Of a DNA stretch of 64,000 bases, positions 41,749 to 52,456 are shown in pieces (the first letter of the stretch is position 1; each line of letters begins with the position of its first letter). The notes beneath the pieces were generated by a model. The model saw nothing but the letters and a program-made list of their open reading frames with translations, was not told the origin of the DNA and did no database searches. A program made the position numbers and the translations under genes. The DNA lies in the NCBI GenBank assembly GCA_949358305.1, contig OX442314.1:28520001-28584000 (forward strand), written 5' to 3'. This stretch comes from Strigamia acuminata. Lineage: Eukaryota.

Positions 41749-44616
41749 CTAGAATGCAGACGCGCCCTGACCGTCCATCGCATAATAGACTAGTTTAAGC
41801 GCTGTTTTCACGAGGATCACTCTCACCTGTTGTTTAGAGGTCGCATAACACTTCCGGCTAATCCTGTTCACTCGATAATGGAAATGTACGACGTAATATT
41901 GTTTAATGATGGATAATAACTTTTCGCCCGCGTTGTGGTCAAGTTGCAAGTCCGAAAAGATGATTGTCTCGTAAAGGCGCGTCAGAATACTCCAATCCAC
42001 GACCAATTCGATTTTGGGCTCCCACGGCAATGAGTAGAAAATATCATCAATCGGAATAATCTCCTCCATGATCGCAAGGGCGCAGGTGGGCTCCTCCAAA
42101 CGCTTTTCTTTGGGTTTCGGGTTGACTGGCTCACGTAGACTTTCACGCGTGACAACCTCGCCTTGGTCGTCGTCGTTTTCCTTCGGTGGCGTCAAAATCA
42201 TTTTAGGCATTCTTGACATCAAAGGCGATCGACGTCCAGCCCCTGCACCGCCCCGTCCAACTCCAGGAAGTCTGAAGGGCTCGTCGGCCTGAATTACCTC
42301 AATTTTGTTGTGTTCCCGCGCCGCCAGAAATGCCTTGTGGTTTTCCTCGTCACCCGTTGATTCGCGAAGCGATTCGACATCCGACATCGAATAATCCACA
42401 TCCGATGATAACTCCGAGGCGAGTATTCCTGTGTCTGCCACGATTACGGGGTCGTATCGGAATGAATATTTGGTTCGGGGATCTGCCAATTTCGGATTCT
42501 CGGCAATTGCGTCCTCAAATTGTTGCACCAGTTTTTCAGGCGCCAACTCAATGAGAATTTTCTCTGAAAAGTTCTTGATTTCATCCTCCGTCATGATCAA
42601 TTCCGGGTCCAGTGGTGGCTTAGCGGGCGCATTTTTCTCGTCCTCAAGTCTCTGGGCCTCCCTGAGCGCGTCGGCCTCTCGAAATCATTTGACAGCGTCA
42701 CGACGACTCTGATGCATTTGGGTGATAATTTCTTTTAAATTAAAGTGCACGGCGTGCACAATGAGGTGCTGCACCGCGTGTTCGTCTCCGGTACAGTCTT
42801 TTGTCATCTTTGCTTCAATTTCCTTCGCGATGTTCCCGAGGCGTCCGAAAATCGTTCCGACGACCGTCTTGAAGTCTGAGGCGCTAACGTTGAAATCCAG
42901 GTTAATCGACATCTTGAAAAGTTCTTTCCATCCCTCAGATCTCAGGTTGATTCGTCCTTGGCCCCTGTTCTCCATGGGGTACAGAATCTCAAGCTCATGG
43001 CGCCGGAATATTTCGGACATCTGAGTGAAGATACGATCCGGGCGCATGGTACATCCGTTTCGGTCGAATCCCTGGAGATATCGTGGCTTCAGGGATGCGC
43101 ATCCTTCCGACGACGTCGATCCGCTCGAGACCGCTGAAATGGCTTTAGCAATTGGATTAGAAATCTTGCTCTCCAATTTCTTGATGTCGTGGATCTTTGC
43201 GCATTCTCCTGCATCCTTTGCAATCTCAGCAGCGATATTCGCGATGGATGAAGACGGTGTGAAGTTTAGCAACGCCTTAATATCTCGGTCAACCTGTGGG
43301 GAAAAATCAGCTGTTATTAATTTTTTGTTAAAATCTGCGATAGTGTCCATTTTTGTGTTTGTGGTCATAATCCCAGAATACGTAATCGGCACCGATGTCG
43401 CAACGACTGAAGTCATCATTTTTGGAGTCACATTCGATTGGGTCACAGTAGTGGCATCGACAGATCGGGCAGCTTGGCTCGATTCAGACGTCTCAATCGA
43501 AGATGATTTGTTCTTTACGACTCGAAAATATGGAATTATAATCGGCGCAGCAGCAGTGGTCACTGTCGTAACATTAGTCGATTTCGCCTCCGCCGCCGTC
43601 ACGCTCGATTCCGTTTTGATGATCGGGGTCGACATCGTGTTGATGTTGTTAATTTTTTCTCTCTCTCTTCTATTTTCTTCATTTTTTAGTACCTTTTTAG
43701 CCACTTGATCGTTTAACGAAAGTTCCTTAGCGGGCTCCACGACAAGCGATGCGGCAGGCGCTACTCCAACCGCTCCGTTTTCCTCGATGATGACTGAAGA
43801 GACGTCCAACGCTGGTCCGGATCGTCCCGTCACGAAGTGAGCGTCTCGGTTTGCCTCCGCTCCAATTCTTTTCGTCACTCTCTGTGTATATTCCTTCAAA
43901 CGATGTGCACTTCGCTCCTCGTATGTATGTCGTGGACGCAGATTTGAATGCTGAAACGGCAAGTCGGCTGCAACTCTTTCCGGCTCCGAATATGCTCTTT
44001 TCGCGTCCGCAATTACACCAGGCGCTGTTAAACATAGTTCCAGGCCCGATTCCACATCGTAGGTCTTTCCTTCAGGCGTCACAAACTGGTCCGGAAGTTC
44101 GGCAGGTTGCTCGCCGGCAATTATGTAGGCTCCCTCCGGATATTTCCAAGTCAACGGCCGGATTCCCTTCTCTTTCGCCAATTGCTTTATGCGTGCCAAA
44201 TATGATGCGTGCGCATGACGAAAACGAGCGATGGCGTTTGCACTGCCGAATGGAATCCTCGGCGGTGGAAAATCCACTCCAGCCAACGAAGTTTTATCCA
44301 TCGACTCATAACCAAGTACATATGCAAACATAAGGCGCATCCATTTCCGAAATTTGCAACGGCGCAAGTCACCGCCGCCCCGACACGCTCGGCATTCTCG
44401 TGGCGCCCGCAGTTGATAAATTTCAAATCCAGTTCCGCTACAAACTGGACACAATTCATAGTTTGGAAAACTTTGGTCGTTCGGGTGGTCTGGATGAAAA
44501 CGCGGTACTAGTCCTTCGTCCGACGCTTCGATTGGTGGCATTGGCAGGTACTTTGGATAGCCTTTTTGGGTTGGTTTTGGAATCGTAATTGTCACATTTG
44601 GATCGTAGGACGCCAT
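41749..44616 (-). CDS. Extra ORF3 of element 1 (955 codons, one in-frame TGA at 42685-42687), with an N-terminal DnaJ-type CxxCxGxG zinc-binding pair
   Basis: The 643-aa and 283-aa ORFs are in the same frame, joined by 28 sense codons after a single TGA (AVK*FREADALREAQRLEDEK...PELIMTEDE). Motifs CPVCSGTG and CRACRGGG at ~44371-44451. No signal peptide or TM segment seen. Confidence 0.75.
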
Positions 44617-45149
44617 AATAAATTATCGTAAAGTGAAACTAAAAGAAATGGAAATTTCCGGGAAAGAAAGAGTTATTTTAACTAAAATATTCAATTAAAA
44701 ATGAATTGTTGTGAGATAGAAAGTACTTACGGTTGATAGACGCACAATTTTTAACAATATTTATCCAATTTTAACAATTGTTAGATGTTTTAAGGCGACT
44801 ATTCAGACGCAAACTAATTTCAAACTAACTAAGTCGTGCCCTCACATGTCTTTAATACACGCGGTCTCGCTACGGGGTCGCTTCGTCACAAAATATGACA
44901 CGGACCTCTCGCGTGAACGAGATTTGATCACACACCTCGAAGAAGCATGAGTTTGGACTTAGTAAATTTACGTATCATCATTTTAAATTGATGAATTTCA
45001 AATTCCTAAACTAATCTTTACTTACTATTTTCAGCGTCTATCCTCCATAAATATTTGGTTTAAAGCAGGGAAAATTATAAACACAAGAAGGAAAGAGGAT
45101 TGGGTAAAGTAAAGAAAGAAATAAAATTATAAAATGAAAAGAAATTAAG

Positions 45150-46931
45150 TTATTTTATCGAAAATGAAGCGATAATGGTTTCAATTTCCGATGTAAACGC
45201 AGCAACATGTTTTTCGATAATTGTTGCGTCTGTGTGGTCTAGATCATCATCATTGTTGAACCAATGGCGCAATTCTACGACGTTATACGGCAGCATTCGA
45301 CGACCATCCTTGTCCATTAGAATGACAGTATTGGGCCCAGTTAATTTATGGATTACGTAAACGCCTTCCGTCCTCTGTCGAAGTCCTGCAGCAAACTGTC
45401 GGTCCGCTGATGACAATTGTCGATTTTTGATAGACACAAAATCGCCCGGTTTGAAATCATGTGGTCTTCTTTTTCGATCAAACCAACGTTTATGTCTAAT
45501 CTGAGCTTTTTGTAAATTTGCAGTGGCATTATTTCGCAATTCTCTCATCAATTCATGCGTCTCTCGCGCTCGTACTGGCGGTAGTGGCTGTCCATCGTCG
45601 GTGTCTGAATCGAAATCACCTGGATAACGCGCCTCTTGTCCCGTCACCATTTGATAAGGAGAATATTGAAGCGAAGCTTGATATGCTGAGTTGATTGCTA
45701 GCACAAAATATCTAATGTGAATGTCCCAGCGCACATGCTCTTCAATATAAGCTAAAATGCAGTTTTTTAATGCTTGGTTTAGTCTCTCGGCCAAGTTCCC
45801 TTGTGGATGATAAACAGCCGTGTAGCGATTGATGGCGCCAAAACTCTGACATGCAGCCTGGAATTCCATTGATCGGAAAGCTGGCGCATTATCACTGATG
45901 ATAACTTTTGGAAATGCCCATCGCTGAATAAATCCTTGCAATTGTTTGATTGTTGTTTTCCAGTCAGATGTCTCAGTCAATCTCACATCCAACCATCGAC
46001 TGGCGGCATCCACAATTACTAATGCGTAACAATGTCCTCCAATCGATCGGGGTTTTTTACCATAATAATCGATGTAAATTGTGTGAAACAAATGTCGTGG
46101 TTTGGCCATGATCATTGGTCCATATGGAAGGCGATTCAACGGCTTGGCTCGTTGACATGGTTCACATTTTTGAATCCAAAGTAAAACGTCCTCCTTCATT
46201 TTAGGCCAATAAACTCGGGCCCGAAGTCGATGAAGTGTTTTTTCAATTCCTAAATGTCCGCAGCTCGGCGGGTAATGCAGAGCTTTGAAATATTGTTCGC
46301 GTAACATTAAAGGCAAATAGATTTGTCTTCTACGGCGAATTTTATTTATGTCGATCGGTGGATAACGACACAACATTCCCTTATAAATAGCAAAATCTAC
46401 GGCACGATACCTGATACGCGCTGCTTGTACTTGGTCATTGGGCAAATGTCCTTGATCAAGATATTCGATTAATTCGGAGCTCCACGTGTCCTCGTGTTGT
46501 CGACGAATTATTTCGTTAATTGTTGGTATTAGACGAAAACATTGGTGATCTTGCGGCGCATCATGTGCTTGCTCGGCCTCATCTTCTTCTTCGTCTTGTT
46601 GTTCATCAACAATTGGTCGTCTCGATGCATTTCTTTGAAATTGTGATCGATCTTGACGCACTCGTTGTGGTATAAATCCTGCACGTCCCATCCATGCCGG
46701 TCGATAAGTTGTCGAATCGTCCGACGAATCCGAATCCGGACCTCCATATCCGTCAAAATTCGGTCGCACAGCTCCGGATGGTCCTGCAGGTGGGCTTAAC
46801 ATATTAGGGGTCGGAAATGATGTGGTCGGCACATTTGGTGATGGCAGGGGCAACATTAGAGGTGGCAAGGGTGCAACAGCTCCAGGAGGCGTCGAAACTT
46901 GTGCCTGCTGACGTGCCCTGGCTCGAGTCAA
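45150..46931 (-). CDS. Gypsy integrase portion of pol (out of frame with upstream pol)
   Basis: HHCC (HYPPSCGH...CEPCQ), catalytic D-D-E (IYIDY, ISDNA, AERLN), GPY/F-like region (EGVYVIHK). Confidence 0.93.
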   Translation of the reverse strand: MTRARARQQAQVSTPPGAVAPLPPLMLPLPSPNVPTTSFPTPNMLSPPAGPSGAVRPNFDGYGGPDSDSSDDSTTYRPAWMGRAGFIPQRVRQDRSQFQRNASRRPIVDEQQDEEEDEAEQAHDAPQDHQCFRLIPTINEIIRRQHEDTWSSELIEYLDQGHLPNDQVQAARIRYRAVDFAIYKGMLCRYPPIDINKIRRRRQIYLPLMLREQYFKALHYPPSCGHLGIEKTLHRLRARVYWPKMKEDVLLWIQKCEPCQRAKPLNRLPYGPMIMAKPRHLFHTIYIDYYGKKPRSIGGHCYALVIVDAASRWLDVRLTETSDWKTTIKQLQGFIQRWAFPKVIISDNAPAFRSMEFQAACQSFGAINRYTAVYHPQGNLAERLNQALKNCILAYIEEHVRWDIHIRYFVLAINSAYQASLQYSPYQMVTGQEARYPGDFDSDTDDGQPLPPVRARETHELMRELRNNATANLQKAQIRHKRWFDRKRRPHDFKPGDFVSIKNRQLSSADRQFAAGLRQRTEGVYVIHKLTGPNTVILMDKDGRRMLPYNVVELRHWFNNDDDLDHTDATIIEKHVAAFTSEIETIIASFSIK

Positions 46932-47143
46932 TACCTGATAATTTGGTGCGGTCTCTTCTTATTTTTAGAACCTTTTGGCCTGCCCAACTTTGGTTTAACC
47001 TGCTGTTGTCGTCCTTGCGCTCTTGTCATCACAGCTGCGTTATTTCGTTGCTGTGCCGCAGCCAATCCAACTCCAATAATGTTGATTATTGGTAATTTTG
47101 GCCAATCATTTGGGTCGTCAAAATAGGCGATGTAGCATGTTTC

Positions 47144-47634
47144 GGGGTGCCGTTCCAACGGCGAATCGTTTAAGGGCGAATCTGGCCATTCGGACGAATG
47201 GCGAATTTCGACCTTATTCCGTCCAAAAGCAGTCCCAATGGCAAATTTCTCCCAATTCGCCATTGGGAACGTATTTGGACCTTCTAATGACGAATTGGTA
47301 GAAATTAGCCACAGGAGCGCGTCATGAATCTGCCGCGACAAGCCGACGCAAAAAAATGGTTTTGGATCAAAAAACCAGTAAGGTTAGGTTCGCGGGGGGT
47401 CAAGGGGGGGCTGCGCCCCCCCTTGTTAGCCCTTCTTAGGAATTGGGAGTCGCGGTAGTTGACGCCCACAGATTCGCCATTGGAAACGCAAATAACGTTT
47501 CCAATGGCGAATTTCAATACACACGTTTCCAATGGCGAATTTGCCCAGATTCGCCATTGGAATGTCAAAATACCTTTCCAATGGCGAATTTTCAAAATTC
47601 GCCATTAGGTGATTCGCCGTTGGAACGGGTACCC
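47144..47634. mobile_element. MITE inserted in pol of element 1
   Basis: TIR GGGGTGCCGTTCCAACGGCGAATC / GATTCGCCGTTGGAACGGGTACCC; TSD CATGTTTC (47136-47143 and 47635-47642); internal CCAATGGCGAA repeats. Excision restores the pol frame (IDET|CYIAYFDD). Confidence 0.9.
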
Positions 47635-50468
47635 CATGTTTCATCAATGAGAGGCGAGTCGTCCGCATCTAATGGTTCCGATGGTTCCACAGGCGCACGG
47701 CTAAGGGCATCCGCAACACGATTCTGTGCTCCTGAACAGTAAAGAAATGTAAATTTGTACTCACTGAGGGACAAAACCCATCGTGCCAGGCGTCCTTTTG
47801 GTTCTCGCTGCTGGAAAAGCCACTTTAACGACAAATGATCGCTTTCTAAATAAAAATTCATCATCTCAAGATACACACGAAATCTCTTGACCGCCCAAAC
47901 CGCCGCTAAGCATTCAATCTCGGTGACGCTGTAATTCTTTTCAGCAGAATTTAATGCACGCGATGCAAAGGCGATAGGTGTTCGTTCACCTTGATCATTT
48001 AGTTGCATGAGGGCAGCGCCCAAACCTGAATAGCTGGCGTCTGTTTGTAGTATGTATGGCTTGGTCCAATCTGGGAATTTTCGGTGTAGAGTTGGTTCTG
48101 CCAATCCTTTCTTGAGTGAATCAAATGCCTCTTGGTGTTGAATCGTCCAATTCCACTCAGAATCTTTTTTGAGTAAGGGGCGAAACACCTCGCATGTTTT
48201 TGAATAATTTGGGAAAAATGACTGATAATAACCAATCATTCCTTTGAATCTTTGTAATTCTTTGATGTTGGTAGGCGCCGGAAAATATTGAATCGCCGTC
48301 ACCTTGTTTGGATTTGGTTTAATATGTCCAGCCTCCACAATGTGTCCCAAAACCTCGAGCGATGTTCTGCACAATTCCGTCTTGTTGGCGTTCATGGTGA
48401 ATCCCGCTTCATCCAAGGCTTGAAGAATTATTTTGAGATGTTGTACATGCTCCTCGAAAGTTTTGCTGAAAATTATCACGTCATCGAGATAAACGAACAC
48501 GAACTTGTAAAGATATTTCGACAAAGTTTTGTTCATGACTCTCTGCAGAGTTGCTGGGCCATTAATGGGTCCAAACGGCATTCTCACATATTCGAAAAGT
48601 CCTCTGTGCGTAATAAATGCGAGAAATCTCTCGTCACCTGGACGCACTCCAATCTGGTGGAAAGCTTCTCGTCCATCTATGATCGAAAACCAATTTGATC
48701 CTCCTAAATAAGAAAATATAATATCGATGTCGGGTAGTGAGTAGACATCTGGTAAAGTTTGAGCATTCATCGGTCTAAAATCCATGGCTGTACGCCAATC
48801 TCCAGTTTTCTTTGGAACAACAACAGGCGCCACCGCACAATCACTTTTTGATCGACGAATAATGCCTTGCTTTAGTTTTTGGTCCAAATAAGCGTCAATT
48901 ACCATCTTTTTTGCTGGGTTAACGGGTCTTACAGGCACATGAATTGGTCTAAAGTCCGGTTTTAAATTTACTTTAAACTGAGTGTTGTTGCATAATCCAA
49001 CCTCCTCGCGAAATACTTTCGAAATTGGTCGAAGAGTCTGAATTAATAAACGAATTTGGGGTACCGTCAATGATGACCACAGCTGGTCGTAAATCCAATC
49101 CAGTTGCGTTGGATCACTGCTTGGTTGATATTGTAGTACGTTAACATCCAGAGGCGGCTCCGAAATCGTCGAATGATCGTGTACTCTGGCCATGAGCGCA
49201 TCTTCATCCACACGACGCAAAAGCTGTCTTCCCTGTGTGTTAAGCTGTTTCACTGTTGGTGACAATTCATAAAGGCGTCTCCGCTGTCGTCTTGCACGTC
49301 TGCGTTGGCTAAGCGTCGAAAACAATGATGAATTGAATTTTCTTGATTTTTTAATAGAATCCTTTCTTCTTGGTGACCATATTAATGACCATTGATCCCG
49401 TGCACGATTCCGAATCCTCTTGATTTGGTGCTGAGCATCGTCATTTGGATATTCAAAAATCTCTTGCGATAAAGGTCGATGTTCTAGAAGAATACAATTA
49501 ATGTTGTTAATTAATACCTTGGGCACATCCTTGGGGCTGTCCTTTGTATCATCGGGCTTCTTGATGGGAAATAAAAGAACAGATTCTGACTTATTAGCTT
49601 GTTCTAAAGTCATGAATTGTCTTCGCTCTGGCGATCCCTTCAAATACCACTGGCACAACTCAAAGTCTGCGCACAGACCAACCGCTCTGCAGAAATCTCT
49701 TCCCAGCAGAAGGTCCTCTGATGTTTTGGGTATAATTAAACAAATGAAAGAAATAATGGCCAAAGGCGCGCGCACCGACAGTTTAACAGATCCCTTAACT
49801 GGAATTTTGTCATCGGCCGCTGTACGCACTGTTTCGTGAAGTTCGAGCAATTCCAAACCCATATTTGCTTTAAGTTTGTTAAATAACGACTCCGACATTA
49901 CACATGTCTGAGCGCCTGAATCTAAAAGTGCGACAAAACTCACGTTGGCCCATGTTATTTTGATGTATGGTGCTTCTCTGTTGAAGCGATCAGTCTTCGT
50001 AATTTCGATTATTGGCTCTTCGGATTTTTGCAATTCCTCGGGCGACAAAAGAACGAAGTTTGTTTGCAACGCCTCACTCTGCGTTGTCAACGAAGTTGGT
50101 TTTTTGGGGGTTTCCTTGGCTTTCACAGACGAAAGTTGCGCTGATTGTGTTGGTTGTGGTGTTACGACACCGGGTGTTTTTGTTTTTGATTTACTTGAAT
50201 CTGATTTGATTAATGTAGTTAATTTAATGTCCGTAGACGGGGTTAATGATTTGTTGTTGTCTTCTCGAACAGCAGATGGCGCCTCTGGTGTCGGAGTAGA
50301 CGGTTTTGTACTTCCATCGATGTCTGGTGATTCCTCAGTCTTCTTCTCAGTAGAGTCCTTGATGTTTGTATCCGACCCACTCTCTGGACTCATGCTTTGA
50401 GCAGGCCGCTTGCGTTTCCCGACTGACGACTCCATTCCTTGCCACAAACGGGGCACACAGGCCTCCAT
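47592..50468 (-). CDS. Gypsy pol: protease, reverse transcriptase, RNase H (interrupted by the MITE)
   Basis: LLDSGA protease; RT YVRMPFG...VYLDDV; RNase H LQTDAS...EIECLA...SDH...ADALSR. Confidence 0.96.
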   Translation of the reverse strand: MEACVPRLWQGMESSVGKRKRPAQSMSPESGSDTNIKDSTEKKTEESPDIDGSTKPSTPTPEAPSAVREDNNKSLTPSTDIKLTTLIKSDSSKSKTKTPGVVTPQPTQSAQLSSVKAKETPKKPTSLTTQSEALQTNFVLLSPEELQKSEEPIIEITKTDRFNREAPYIKITWANVSFVALLDSGAQTCVMSESLFNKLKANMGLELLELHETVRTAADDKIPVKGSVKLSVRAPLAIISFICLIIPKTSEDLLLGRDFCRAVGLCADFELCQWYLKGSPERRQFMTLEQANKSESVLLFPIKKPDDTKDSPKDVPKVLINNINCILLEHRPLSQEIFEYPNDDAQHQIKRIRNRARDQWSLIWSPRRKDSIKKSRKFNSSLFSTLSQRRRARRQRRRLYELSPTVKQLNTQGRQLLRRVDEDALMARVHDHSTISEPPLDVNVLQYQPSSDPTQLDWIYDQLWSSLTVPQIRLLIQTLRPISKVFREEVGLCNNTQFKVNLKPDFRPIHVPVRPVNPAKKMVIDAYLDQKLKQGIIRRSKSDCAVAPVVVPKKTGDWRTAMDFRPMNAQTLPDVYSLPDIDIIFSYLGGSNWFSIIDGREAFHQIGVRPGDERFLAFITHRGLFEYVRMPFGPINGPATLQRVMNKTLSKYLYKFVFVYLDDVIIFSKTFEEHVQHLKIILQALDEAGFTMNANKTELCRTSLEVLGHIVEAGHIKPNPNKVTAIQYFPAPTNIKELQRFKGMIGYYQSFFPNYSKTCEVFRPLLKKDSEWNWTIQHQEAFDSLKKGLAEPTLHRKFPDWTKPYILQTDASYSGLGAALMQLNDQGERTPIAFASRALNSAEKNYSVTEIECLAAVWAVKRFRVYLEMMNFYLESDHLSLKWLFQQREPKGRLARWVLSLSEYKFTFLYCSGAQNRVADALSRAPVEPSEPLDADDSPLIDETWGTRSNGESPNGEF
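50373..50420 (-). promoter_or_regulatory. -1 programmed ribosomal frameshift signal (gag/pol)
   Basis: Slippery G GGA AAC in the gag frame (50420-50414), a 5-nt spacer, then stem CGGCCTGCTC / GAGTGGGTCG; pol is in the -1 frame. Confidence 0.8.
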
Positions 50469-52306
50469 GATTGCCTGTCAGACATGAACCATTTGTCCGT
50501 TGGTGTTTTTCTCCACATAGCATTCTTCGGGAGCTTTGGCTCAGAAGGCGCTTCTTTAGCTGCTGGAAAAATGACAACGTCTTTGGCACATGTGTGCTGT
50601 GTTTCCGCTCTAGGTGTTGGCGTAGTAGTCGCATTCATGACGTGGACATCAGACTTTTGTGCTGCCGCCGATGCAGACTCCTTTGGCGGGTCCCTTTTTG
50701 ATTCCTCGCTGTTGGGATCTTCTGGATCAATTGCACAAGTCGACATGTCCTCGAGCAACGCTGTTAATACTTTGTTGAATCGTGAAAAACGACCAGACCT
50801 GGACGAAGTAGATTGTTGATTTAACTTCTCCTCCTCCGTTCTGGTACGTGTGGCAGGACCCACTCCTGCGGGCAAAGGCATCTCTTGGTCCGAAACTCCG
50901 CACTGTCTGTACTCAAAAGTCCGCAACGAATCCAACTGAAGGCGATTATCGACGTCGTTGCCCATTTTGACTGCGTCGTCGATCGTCCTGATGCACCAAG
51001 AGCGCATTAATTGTACGACCTGAGTTTGCATCATGCCCTGAACTCGTTCCCACTGCAAGCCCTTGTCCTTGTATCCAGCAATGTTTAAATAATGAATCAT
51101 CTCGCTGAGGAACGACATAGTTGATTCCCCTGGCTTTTGTTTGCGCTGAGACAACTTAACATTAGCTAAAGCTGAATTAATGGAAAATACCTGCCTGAAA
51201 ATTAATTCAAAGTCCTCCCAATTGTTAGGTTTTGGAGTTAGAGCCATCCACCAACGTTGCGCTCTATTTCGAAGCGCGAGAACCACGTATACTTTCAAAT
51301 ATATTCCCTCCGGTGCTCCCATGGTAAACATGTGCGCATATAGCTTACCCAGGAACAAGTCCACTGTGTCGAAAGTAGCTTCATCCGGGTTGAAGTATGG
51401 AATTTTTTCAACTTTAAGTTTATACCTTCCAACCTGAGCGGCTTGACGCTGATCCTCCGACTCCAACGAGAGTTGAGATCTCGTGTGAGGGTGTTGTCTT
51501 GAGGCGCTGAGTGGTATGCCTTGACTACCTCTTTGAGCGGAATCCGGGTCAGGATTTGTTGGTGGGTCCCGTGGAACATTGAAAGTCGTGTCTCCCTGTT
51601 GTGAATGTTGTTGGCGTCGTCTCGGAGAATAAGAGCCAGTGCGTCGGGGTTCTGACGCACGTCCAGTATCTCCAAAAGAAAAATCGGCTCCCCGAGTTTC
51701 TTCTTGACCACGACGTGTGGCCCCTGAACCTGCTTCTGGTGCTGGTGGTTCAGGTCGAGTTTGCTCGTTGTGCGAGTGGATAAACTCCTCCACTCTGTCG
51801 TTCAGCTCGCGCCTAATTTGCCTCATTGATTCGAGCAACTCCTGGCGAAGTTCGTGTTGTAACTCCCTTCTATCCTCTCGTAATACTCTCATCAATGCTT
51901 CCATCGACAATGCAGGTGGATTCCTTCGATGTTGTTGTGGTTCCGGTTGCATAAACGTAGGTTGGTAAGGAGGCGGCGGTCCTCGTTGAATTTCTTCTCG
52001 AACCGCCCGCATCCCGTCCACAACTCGTCTTCTCTCCATGAGTGAGTCCTGCAAATGGCGTCTATTTTCCTCCCATTGTTCTCGTGCCGCAGCCGCTTCC
52101 TGTTCATGTTGGAGTTGATCCGCTTCCATTTGGGCGTATGTCCTCCAAGGATTGGAAAATGGTACGTCTGTAGAAATTGGTTGTACTAGTAGATCTTGTT
52201 GTTGGTCTGGCTCATGGATAGGTGAGTCTGGAAGTGGCAAAGTATGCGCTAGTTCGGCGTCTACGTCCGAAACACTGGACTCTGACAGAGCGTCGCGTGA
52301 AGCCAT
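50390..52306 (-). CDS. Gypsy gag (638 aa)
   Basis: Coiled-coil N-terminus and Ty3-type capsid motifs (LRNRAQRWW, WEDFELIFRQVF, RKQKPGESTMSF); lies between PBS and pol. Confidence 0.9.
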   Translation of the reverse strand: MASRDALSESSVSDVDAELAHTLPLPDSPIHEPDQQQDLLVQPISTDVPFSNPWRTYAQMEADQLQHEQEAAAAREQWEENRRHLQDSLMERRRVVDGMRAVREEIQRGPPPPYQPTFMQPEPQQHRRNPPALSMEALMRVLREDRRELQHELRQELLESMRQIRRELNDRVEEFIHSHNEQTRPEPPAPEAGSGATRRGQEETRGADFSFGDTGRASEPRRTGSYSPRRRQQHSQQGDTTFNVPRDPPTNPDPDSAQRGSQGIPLSASRQHPHTRSQLSLESEDQRQAAQVGRYKLKVEKIPYFNPDEATFDTVDLFLGKLYAHMFTMGAPEGIYLKVYVVLALRNRAQRWWMALTPKPNNWEDFELIFRQVFSINSALANVKLSQRKQKPGESTMSFLSEMIHYLNIAGYKDKGLQWERVQGMMQTQVVQLMRSWCIRTIDDAVKMGNDVDNRLQLDSLRTFEYRQCGVSDQEMPLPAGVGPATRTRTEEEKLNQQSTSSRSGRFSRFNKVLTALLEDMSTCAIDPEDPNSEESKRDPPKESASAAAQKSDVHVMNATTTPTPRAETQHTCAKDVVIFPAAKEAPSEPKLPKNAMWRKTPTDKWFMSDRQSWRPVCPVCGKEWSRQSGNASGLLKA

Positions 52307-52434
52307 GTTGAAATAATAATATGTGTGCCGGCAAAAATAAGTAATTAATTAAATAAATATAACGACCTATACTTGCGTAGTCTTCACTGAAGAAAATGGT
52401 GGTTTGTGTTCTCTTAGAACACGTTTCGAGTTGA

Positions 52435-52452
52435 ATCCTGTCTAGCTCGCCA
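52435..52452 (-). promoter_or_regulatory. Primer-binding site (tRNA-Arg-like)
   Basis: TGGCGAGCTAGACAGGAT lies 4 nt inside the 5' LTR and resembles the complement of the tRNA-Arg(ACG) 3' end (TGGCGAGCCAGCCAGGA). Confidence 0.7.
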
Positions 52453-52456
52453 AGAT

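Noticed and set aside
42685..42687. Selenocysteine codon
   Set aside because: No redox motif context and no SECIS-like structure noticed downstream.
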